This document shows positions 17,826 through 24,845 of a stretch of DNA of 32,000 bases, one piece after another. Source of the stretch: Pseudodesulfovibrio mercurii. GTDB lineage: Bacteria; Desulfobacterota; Desulfovibrionia; Desulfovibrionales; Desulfovibrionaceae. Under the pieces are notes generated by a model. That model had not been told where the DNA came from, did not search any database, and worked only from the letters and a program-made list of their open reading frames with translations. Location of the stretch: contig NC_016803.1 of the NCBI RefSeq assembly GCF_000189295.2, positions 1,380,001 to 1,412,000 on the forward strand, written 5' to 3'. Numbering within the stretch: the first letter of the stretch is position 1; each line of letters begins with the position of its first letter. A program made the position numbers and the translations under genes.

Positions 17826-17970
17826 GGACGGGATTCGTTTACTATGAACGTATTGCGGAATGACACGGTCTTCAAGGCAACATTTTCTTCGCGTGTGGTT
17901 GTAATCCAAGCTCCCCGGCAAACACTGAACGGAAAGCCTACCCACCGAAGCGATGGCGATGCGATAAACA

Positions 17971-18003
17971 AAGCCGAGTGCGTATGATCGCACTCGGCTT
18001 TTT
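17971..18003. terminator. Bidirectional hairpin terminator downstream of purT
   Basis: AAGCCGAGTGCG (17971-17982) / CGCACTCGGCTT (17989-18000) with a 6-nt loop. It is followed by TTT on the plus strand and by TTTGTTTAT on the minus strand. It lies 100 nt after the purT stop. Confidence 0.65.
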
Positions 18004-18100
18004 ATGTGTAATGGACGAGCCGAATTCAAGGGGAAAGAAACGAGCGCAACGCCCCCGCGCTACAGACTTTCGTCAACCATAGAATGAGTGGGACGTACTA

Positions 18101-19282
18101 CTAATACAAGACAGTCACAGCAGAAGAAACTCTTTTGGCCTTCTCCACCGCACCCTCGACGTCGTCGGCAAGCGCCAAGGCAACGCCAAGACGCCGGACT
18201 CCGGCGCATTCGCCTTTCCCGAAAATCAACACCTTGGTATCCGCCTCGCGAAGCGCGACATCAACACCGTCAAAGGCGGGCTTGTCCGAAGTGCCATTGG
18301 ATAGAATTACACTCGAAGCGGCGGCTCCGTATTGACGGATACCCGGAATCGGCAAGCCCAGGACAGCCCGTACATGCAGGGCAAATTCACTTAAATCCTG
18401 AGAGATGACCGTCACCAATCCCGTATCGTGCGGGCGGGGGGAAACTTCACTGAAGATAACGTCATCATCTTTGACAAAGAGTTCGACCCCGAAAAGGCCA
18501 CGCCCACCCAAGGCGTCCGTGATCTTGCGTGCATATTCCTGCGCTTTCGCACGGGCCGCCTCACTCATGGGTTGCGGCTGCCAGGATTCCCGGTAATCCC
18601 CGTTTTCCTGCCGATGCCCGATCGGCTCACAAAACGTTGTTCCATCAATGTGACGCACGGTTAAAAGGGAAATCTCATAATCAAAAGGTACGAATTTTTC
18701 GATAATGACGCGCCCTTTACCGGTCCGGCCGCCGGACTGAGAGTACTCCCAAGCCTTTTGGATATCGGCCTCGCTTCTCACAGTGGATTGGCCTTTTCCG
18801 GAAGAACTCATGACGGGCTTGATCACACAGGGAATGCCGATTTCCGCCACTGCCGCCCGATATTCCTCTTCCGTATCGGCGAAGCGGTAAGGCGAGGTGG
18901 TCAGGCCGACTTCCTCGGCGGCAAGACGCCGAATGCCTTCACGATCCATTGTCAGCCTGGTCGCATTGGCAGTGGGGACGACATTGAATCCCTCCTTTTC
19001 AAGCTCGACCAACGTAGACGTGGCAATGGCCTCAATCTCAGGCACGATATAGTCCGGCTTCTCTTCCGTAATAACTCGACGAAGCGCATCGCCATCCAAC
19101 ATGGACATGACATAGGAACGGTGCGCCACCTGCATGGCAGGAGTATCTTCATAGCGATCAACCACAACGACCTCAATGCCAAGACGCTGCGCTTCAATCA
19201 CAACTTCCTTACCAAGTTCACCACCACCAAGAAGCATCATTTTCTTTGCCGATGCAGTTTTGGCTGTTCCTAATATAGTCAT
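18101..19282 (-). CDS. purT: Formate-dependent phosphoribosylglycinamide formyltransferase (GAR transformylase 2)
   Basis: 393 aa (E. coli PurT is about 392). Starts [33 protein letters not shown]-grasp core [16 protein letters not shown], and [17 protein letters not shown] lies 7 nt upstream. GC and GC3 are visibly lower than in all neighbouring genes. Confidence 0.92.
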   Translation of the reverse strand: MTILGTAKTASAKKMMLLGGGELGKEVVIEAQRLGIEVVVVDRYEDTPAMQVAHRSYVMSMLDGDALRRVITEEKPDYIVPEIEAIATSTLVELEKEGFNVVPTANATRLTMDREGIRRLAAEEVGLTTSPYRFADTEEEYRAAVAEIGIPCVIKPVMSSSGKGQSTVRSEADIQKAWEYSQSGGRTGKGRVIIEKFVPFDYEISLLTVRHIDGTTFCEPIGHRQENGDYRESWQPQPMSEAARAKAQEYARKITDALGGRGLFGVELFVKDDDVIFSEVSPRPHDTGLVTVISQDLSEFALHVRAVLGLPIPGIRQYGAAASSVILSNGTSDKPAFDGVDVALREADTKVLIFGKGECAGVRRLGVALALADDVEGAVEKAKRVSSAVTVLY

Positions 19283-19520
19283 AGCAAGTCCCTTTGAATT
19301 AATTAATATCAGGCGTTACGCAAGGAGCCTCTATGCCAAATTTCCCCCGGAATTGGAAGGATTGTTCTTTTCGATTTCCGGGTGAATACGGCTCTCATCG
19401 AACCAGGCAGCCCGTGGGAGGACAGGAGTGGGTTCACGCCGCGTACCACCGGGGGGGCGTTCCGGCTGTGACCACTCCGATATCCTTCCGATATCATTTG
19501 TATATTCTTTTGCCTGTTCC
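19283..19520 (-). promoter_or_regulatory. purT promoter and roughly 200-nt structured leader (candidate cis-regulatory RNA)
   Basis: On the minus strand: an AT-rich stretch, then the direct repeat ATATCGGA twice (19494-19487 and 19483-19476), then a GC-rich core with nested complementary segments (see finding). No credible ORF. Confidence 0.4.
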
Positions 19521-19558
19521 ACGAGAAAAGGCCTAGAAGGAAAACCTTCTAGGCCTTT
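19521..19558 (-). terminator. Minus-strand rho-independent terminator of tRNA-Ala
   Basis: AAAGGCCTAGAAGG (19527-19540) / CCTTCTAGGCCTTT (19545-19558) with a 4-nt loop. On the minus strand it is followed by TCTCG after the TTT of the stem. It starts 8 nt after the tRNA 3' end. Confidence 0.65.
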
Positions 19559-19566
19559 AACATTCT

Positions 19567-19642
<76 letters not shown>

Positions 19643-19740
19643 ACGGCGTTGGGAAAGTCAACTTGTCCCAAGGGGACGGTTTTTGTCAACAGAAAATGTG
19701 TTCAAATTTCACCGGGTCCGAACGTTTTTCCAGGGGGCGG

Positions 19741-20568
19741 TCAGAACTCGGCGCGGCGGATGGTGCCGCCCGGACGCTGGACCGTGCGGTGGTATTTGAC
19801 CGCGGGCAGGCCGAAGGACATGACGCAGACGATCTGATGGTCGTCCGGGATGCCCAGCCGGGCCGCGAACTGCGGGACGATGGCCGTGAACATGGCCTTG
19901 GCGATGCCGTTCCAGACCGTGCCCAGGCCGTGGCTGTTGGCCAGCAGCTCGAAGTAGCTCAGGGCGATGTGGCAGTCGGCCATGGGCGAGAGCGCGTCCT
20001 TGGGGGCCGAGGCCACCAGCAGATGCGGGGCGTTGCGGAAGAGCACGTCCGTGCCGTCCTCACAGCCGCGCACATAGTCGGCCATGCGCTCCCAGCCCGC
20101 CGGGAAGCGGTCCTCGTGCAGCAACTTCAGGGCCTCGGCCGTGACCTCGGCGCGCAGCCGGTCCATCATGGCCGGGTCGTCCACCACGGTCAGGGTGGTC
20201 TGGCGGCGGTTCACGGCCGTGGGCGCGTGGGACACGACCTCGAGCAGGTGGCGGATGAGGGCCGGGTCAACGCCCTCCCCGCGGTAACGGCGGGTGGAGC
20301 GGCGGCCCATGAGCAGGGTCTCCATCCGGGCCGGGTCAGGGAACATGCCCTTGAGGGGCAGGCTGTCCGCCGGGTCCTTGCCGAAGACGCTCAGGGCGCC
20401 GGGCTTGCACACGGCCAGGCAGTGCTGGCACTCGATGCAGCGGGCCTCGTTTTCGGGCCGGACCACGGGCAAACCGTCCATCTCGATGACACCCCACAGG
20501 CAGTCCCTGGCGCACTCCCCGCAACGGGTGCACTTGTCCGCATCCACCGTGAAATGCAACATGACCAT
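19741..20568 (-). CDS. Nitroreductase-family protein with N-terminal 2x[4Fe-4S] ferredoxin domain
   Basis: Start ATG 20568 follows GGAGGAAAGA. The track's 90 extra N-terminal residues have no SD and a Pro/Arg-rich composition. Motifs CTRCGECARDC and CIECQHCLAVC, then a nitroreductase fold (RRSTRRY, FRNAPHLLV, LLANSHGLGTVW). Confidence 0.8.
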   Translation of the reverse strand: MVMLHFTVDADKCTRCGECARDCLWGVIEMDGLPVVRPENEARCIECQHCLAVCKPGALSVFGKDPADSLPLKGMFPDPARMETLLMGRRSTRRYRGEGVDPALIRHLLEVVSHAPTAVNRRQTTLTVVDDPAMMDRLRAEVTAEALKLLHEDRFPAGWERMADYVRGCEDGTDVLFRNAPHLLVASAPKDALSPMADCHIALSYFELLANSHGLGTVWNGIAKAMFTAIVPQFAARLGIPDDHQIVCVMSFGLPAVKYHRTVQRPGGTIRRAEF

Positions 20569-20816
20569 TCTTTCCTCCGATTGTTTCCGGCCACCATACC
20601 AGATTACGCCGCAAGCGGAAGCAGGCACTTTCCCGTGCGGCGGTTCCGTGGAGGTAGGAATCACGTCTTTCCGCCGCGTTGCGGTCTGAAAAGGGGCGTC
20701 GGCCAAGTTCACAACAACGCGGTTTTGGTATAGAGACGAGTATGATGCGGCGAGACGACGCCCGCGCCGGGGCTCCGCGACAAACGGGACCCGTGGGCCA
20801 CATGAAGGAGAACGCG

Positions 20817-21299
20817 ATGCAACGGACGATGCGCACACTGCTGTCCGCGGCCGGACTGGTGGTCCTGGCCGCCGCCCTGGCCTGGGCCGCCCAGGTCATG
20901 AGCGTCCAGGTACGCGCCGGGCAGCTCCGGGACAAGCCGGGCTTCCTGAGCAAGGTGGTCGGCGAGCTGGAATACGGCGACCAGGTAGACCTGACCGGCG
21001 AACAGGGCGACTGGCGGCAGGTCAAGTCCCTGGGCGACGGCCGGGCTGGCTGGATGCACTTCTCCGCCCTGACCGAACGGGAGATCGTGCTCAATCCCAC
21101 GGACAAGGACGTGGCGGCCGCGGCCGATTCCGACGAGCTGGCCCTGGCGGGCAAGGGGTTCAACAAGCAGGTGGAGGACCAGTACAAGCGGCAGACCCGG
21201 CTCGACTACGCCAAGGTGGACGAGATGGAGAAGATCGTGGTTCCGCAGAAGTACATCCGGGAGTTCCTCCGGGTGGGCGAACTCGGAGGCGACCGATGA
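20817..21299 (+). CDS. Secreted SH3b (SH3_3) domain protein
   Basis: ATG 20817 lies 6 nt after AAGGAG. Signal peptide MQRTMRTLLSAAGLVVLAAALAWAAQ. SH3b-like core VQVRAGQLRDKPGFLSKVVGELEYGDQVDLTGEQGDWRQVKS...GWMH. Confidence 0.7.
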   Translation: MQRTMRTLLSAAGLVVLAAALAWAAQVMSVQVRAGQLRDKPGFLSKVVGELEYGDQVDLTGEQGDWRQVKSLGDGRAGWMHFSALTEREIVLNPTDKDVAAAADSDELALAGKGFNKQVEDQYKRQTRLDYAKVDEMEKIVVPQKYIREFLRVGELGGDR

Positions 21300-22195
21300 A
21301 CCGCCGACAATTCATCAAAGGGCTCGGCCTGGCCGCACCGCTGCTTCTCTCCCCCCTGGTGTCACGGGCCGTTGCCGGGCTGTTCGACGAACTGACCGAC
21401 GTCCTGCCGGACGAGGTCACCGCCATGCTCAAGTCCGGCAAGAAGCTCATCTCCGGATTCCAGGACATCACCCCGGAACAGGAACACTACATCGGCCGGT
21501 CCGTGGCCGCCGTGATCCTGTCCCGCTACCGCTACTGCAACCACCGCAACGGCCAGCGCTACGTCAACGTCATGGGCCAGGCCCTGGCCCAGGCCTCGGA
21601 CCGGCCCGAGACCTTCGGCGGCTATCATTTCCTTATATTGGACAGCGACGAGATCAACGCCCTGTCCGCGCCCGGCGGGTTCGTGTTCGTGACCAGAGGG
21701 CTGCTCGGCTGCTGCGGGTCCGAGGACGCCATGGCCTCGGTCCTGGCCCACGAGATCGGCCACGTGCAGCGCAAACACGGGCTCCAGGCCATCCAGAAGT
21801 CACGCATCACCGAGGGGGCCACGGCCCTGGCCCTGACCGGCACCGCCACCCTGTCCGGGGGCAAGCTCAAGGAAGTGACCCAGGCCTTTGACGACTCCAT
21901 CCAGGACATCACCACGACCATGATCGACAGCGGGTATTCGCGCTCCTTCGAGGAGGAGGCGGACCACGACGCGGTGGTCATCATGCAGCGCATGGGCTAC
22001 GACCCGGACGCCATCATCGACGTGCTCAACGCCATGCGCATGCGCTTCACCCCGCAGAGCACGGGCTTCGCCCGGACACACCCCTCGCCCACGGACCGCA
22101 TCAACAACGTCCTGGCCATGATCGGCACCTACCACCGGCCCACGCCGATCAAGCCGCGTTGCGACCGGTTCGCGGGCATGACCAAGGGGCTGTAG
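21296..22195 (+). CDS. M48-family Zn metallopeptidase, Tat-exported
   Basis: ATGA overlap with the SH3 gene. Twin-arginine signal MNRRQFIKGLGLAAPLLL. HExxH motif HEIGHVQRKH with downstream acidic ligand region. THPSPTDR near the C-terminus is typical of M48. Confidence 0.8.
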   Translation: MNRRQFIKGLGLAAPLLLSPLVSRAVAGLFDELTDVLPDEVTAMLKSGKKLISGFQDITPEQEHYIGRSVAAVILSRYRYCNHRNGQRYVNVMGQALAQASDRPETFGGYHFLILDSDEINALSAPGGFVFVTRGLLGCCGSEDAMASVLAHEIGHVQRKHGLQAIQKSRITEGATALALTGTATLSGGKLKEVTQAFDDSIQDITTTMIDSGYSRSFEEEADHDAVVIMQRMGYDPDAIIDVLNAMRMRFTPQSTGFARTHPSPTDRINNVLAMIGTYHRPTPIKPRCDRFAGMTKGL

Positions 22196-22196
22196 G

Positions 22197-24302
22197 GTGT
22201 CCCGGAGGCTGAGAAAGGTCCTGGCCGGACTCCTTTTCGGCCTCATCGGGGCGGCACTGGCCCTGGACGCGCAGGTGACGGGGCTGCTCGACGCGCCGGA
22301 GAACCTGACCCGGGACCTCCGGGTCCGGGCCCTGGCGCACCCCGGCGCGGCCACGGACCGCATCCGGCTGGTCCTGCTCGACCAGAAGTCCCTGGACTGG
22401 GCCAAGTCCTCCTTCGGCCTGGGCTGGCCCTGGCCCCGTCAGGCCTACGCGCCCATGGTCGAATTCTGCCGACGCGCCGGGGCGGCCTCCCTGTCCATGG
22501 ACGTGATCTTCACCGAGCCCTCGGTCTACGGGGTGGCCGACGACCAGGCCCTGGCCGGGGCTCTGCGCTCCATGGGCCGGGCGGTGCTCGCGGCCTCCTT
22601 CGCCCGGTCGGACGGATCGAGCCGGACCTGGCCCGCCCACGTGCCCGCGCCGTCCTTCACGGTCGGCGGCGAAGCGGTCCTGCGCCGAGCCGAGGTGGCC
22701 ACCTTTCCCATCCCGGACCTGACCGGCGGAACCCTTTCCGTGGGCAACGTCAACGTCCCGCCCGACGCGGACAACGTCTACCGGCGGCTGCCCCTGCTGG
22801 TCCGGTTCGCGGGCGGGTACGCGCCCTCCCTGCCCCTGGCCGCATTCCTGGCGGACCGGCCCGAACCCGTGACCCTGGCCCCGGACGAGATGCGCGTGGG
22901 CGCGACGAGGATTCCGCTCACGCCCGAAGGGGACGCCCTGCTCAACTACCGCGGGCGCAACGCCTACACCGCCTACGGCGCGGCCGCGCTCATGGAGAGC
23001 GGCATGCGGCTGGCCGAGGGCGGCGAGCCGGTCATCGACCCGGCGGACCTCAAGGGCAGACACGTGCTCTTCGGCTTTTCCGCCACCGGACTCCTGGACC
23101 TGCGGCCCACGCCCATGGGCGGGGTCTCCCCCGGCGTGCTGATCAACGCCACGGCCCTGGACAACCTCCTGTCCGGGGACTTCCTGCGCCCGGCCCCGGC
23201 CTGGACGGACGCGGCCACGACCCTGCTCTTCGCCGTGCTCGGCGGGCTGGGCGTGGCCCTGCTGACCAGCCTGTGGGCGGCGGTGGCGGCCTCGGCCGGG
23301 ACCCTGGCCCTGCCCGTGGCCTACGGCGCAATCCTGTACGCCCAGGGCGTGCGCACGGGCATGGCCGTGCAGCTGACCGGATGCCTCGTCGCCCTGTTCC
23401 TGGCCGGGACCTGGAAATACGCCACAGAGGGCCGCCGCAAGCAGTTCATCAAGTCCGCCTTCCGGCAGTATCTCAGCCCCAAGGTCATCGACCAGCTCCT
23501 GCAACACCCGGAGCGCCTGACCCTGGGCGGCGAACGGCGCGAGCTGACCATCTTCTTCTCGGACCTCCAGGGATTCACCTCCATCTCCGAGGGCCTCGAC
23601 CCCGAGGCCCTGACCGGGGTGCTCAACGACTACCTCTCGGCCATGACGGACATCATCCACCACCACCAGGGGACCGTGGACAAGTATGAGGGCGACGCCA
23701 TCATCGCCTTCTGGAACGCCCCCCTGGACCAGCCAGACCACGCCCTGCTCGCGGTCCGGGCGGCCCTGGCCTGCCAGGCGAAGCTGGCCGAGATGCGCCC
23801 GGCCCTCCGGGAGCGCACCCACGCGGACGTGTTCATGCGCATCGGCCTGAACACCGGCCCGGCCGTGGTCGGCAACCTCGGCTCACGGGAGCGGTTCGAC
23901 TACACCATGCTCGGCGACGCCGTGAATCTGGCCTCCCGGCTGGAGTCCATCAACAAACGGTTCGGCACCTACACCATGGTCTCGCAGGCCACCCTGGACC
24001 GGCTGGGCGGCGAGATCCCGGCGCGGGAACTCTCCCGCCTGCGCGTGGTCGGCAAGCGGGAGGCCGTGACCGTGTTCGAGCCCCTGTCCGGGGAGGAGCA
24101 CCGCGCCCGGCAGGCGGACCTGGCCGTGTTCGCCGAGGGGCTGGCCCTGTTCCGGGCGGGCGACTTCCGGGCCGCGGCCGTGACCTTTGCCGCCATCGCC
24201 CCGCGCGACCCGGCCGCCGGGAAATACGCGGTCAAGTGCGCCGAGCTGGCCGCCGACCCGCCCGAGCAGTGGGACGGGGTCTGGACCATGACCGGCAAAT
24301 AG
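22197..24302 (+). CDS. CHASE2-sensor class III adenylate/guanylate cyclase (probably adenylate)
   Basis: GTG 22197 lies 1 nt after the M48 stop. One N-terminal TM, a roughly 300-aa periplasmic CHASE2-like region, three TM spans, then a cyclase homology domain: LTIFFSDLQGFTSISE, VDKYEGDAIIAFWNAP, RIGLNTGPAVVGNLGS, DYTMLGDAVNLASRLES. The Lys/Asp specificity positions suggest ATP. Confidence 0.85.
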   Translation: MSRRLRKVLAGLLFGLIGAALALDAQVTGLLDAPENLTRDLRVRALAHPGAATDRIRLVLLDQKSLDWAKSSFGLGWPWPRQAYAPMVEFCRRAGAASLSMDVIFTEPSVYGVADDQALAGALRSMGRAVLAASFARSDGSSRTWPAHVPAPSFTVGGEAVLRRAEVATFPIPDLTGGTLSVGNVNVPPDADNVYRRLPLLVRFAGGYAPSLPLAAFLADRPEPVTLAPDEMRVGATRIPLTPEGDALLNYRGRNAYTAYGAAALMESGMRLAEGGEPVIDPADLKGRHVLFGFSATGLLDLRPTPMGGVSPGVLINATALDNLLSGDFLRPAPAWTDAATTLLFAVLGGLGVALLTSLWAAVAASAGTLALPVAYGAILYAQGVRTGMAVQLTGCLVALFLAGTWKYATEGRRKQFIKSAFRQYLSPKVIDQLLQHPERLTLGGERRELTIFFSDLQGFTSISEGLDPEALTGVLNDYLSAMTDIIHHHQGTVDKYEGDAIIAFWNAPLDQPDHALLAVRAALACQAKLAEMRPALRERTHADVFMRIGLNTGPAVVGNLGSRERFDYTMLGDAVNLASRLESINKRFGTYTMVSQATLDRLGGEIPARELSRLRVVGKREAVTVFEPLSGEEHRARQADLAVFAEGLALFRAGDFRAAAVTFAAIAPRDPAAGKYAVKCAELAADPPEQWDGVWTMTGK

Positions 24303-24611
24303 CCCCTTCCCGATCCCATTCCGGCCCGGCCCGCCATCGGCCAAAACCGCCGGAAACAGCGTCCCACGGCCCTTTGCGGCCCATTGCCCCGCCCTTCCGA
24401 GGGGAATCCCAACCGTCCATGGACATTGAGATAAAACCCCTGTCGGGGGCTGCCGCTTTTTTCACGTCCTCATTCGCGTCCGAAATTTCCAGGCGATCAT
24501 GCCAAAATTAGTAATAATATTTATCTCGACATTTTTCCTCTTATAATCCGGTGTGTTACGAAGCAATCGGACTTCCGGACGCATGGGGAAAACTGAAACC
24601 GGGTCATTTTA

Positions 24612-24635
24612 TTTTCAACAGCCACCTGTTGAAAA
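24612..24635. promoter_or_regulatory. 10-bp perfect inverted repeat upstream of the adhesin gene (candidate operator or RNA hairpin)
   Basis: TTTTCAACAG (24612-24621), ccac, CTGTTGAAAA (24626-24635), inside the low-GC intergenic region. Confidence 0.35.
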
Positions 24636-24762
24636 CACAAACCAATCGCGTGTAATTCACATAAACAGCCGTTTAAAATAGGCCTTGCAAGTCCAGGCAG
24701 AAAGCCACTTCCGAGGTCGTTCTCCACACCGCAACATACTGGCTTAATGATTTTTTTTGCAA

Positions 24763-24791
24763 TTGACTCGAAAACGCCTCATAGCTATAAA
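24763..24791 (+). promoter_or_regulatory. Sigma70-type promoter candidate for the adhesin gene
   Basis: TTGACT (24763-24768), a 17-nt spacer, then TATAAA (24786-24791), preceded by a T8 tract (UP-like). It would give a roughly 50-nt leader ending in AGGAG and ATG 24846. A second -10-like TATAAT at 24542-24547 has only a weak -35. Confidence 0.45.
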
Positions 24792-24845
24792 CTAGGTCAG
24801 ACTGCTCAAAACAAAACTCATCACGTTCTGACTCAGGAGTTCACC

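Noticed and set aside
17777-18100. Possibility that the tRNA-like 3' end belongs to a tmRNA (ssrA), since it resembles tRNA-Ala and has its own terminator.
   Set aside because: No GGGG...GGATTCGAC-type 5' end, and no strand complementary to the acceptor 3' strand (CCGCTCA), exists between 17826 and the purT stop. In addition, a terminator hairpin (17971-18003) interrupts the interval. The acceptor would start with U rather than G. The best explanation is a dead tRNA 3' fragment.
19643-19740. A sigma70 promoter for tRNA-Ala, using TTGACA on the minus strand at 19689-19684.
   Set aside because: No acceptable -10 hexamer lies at 16-18 nt spacing (ACAAGT or CAAGTT only), so I could not support a promoter call.
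24480-24845. A c-di-GMP (GEMM-I-like) riboswitch upstream of the adhesin, prompted by the strings GGACGCA and GGCAGAAAGCC.
   Set aside because: The strings occur in the wrong order and spacing relative to the GEMM-I consensus as I recall it (GGCAAACC ... GGGACGCAAAGCC). Most of the region also lies upstream of the best promoter candidate.
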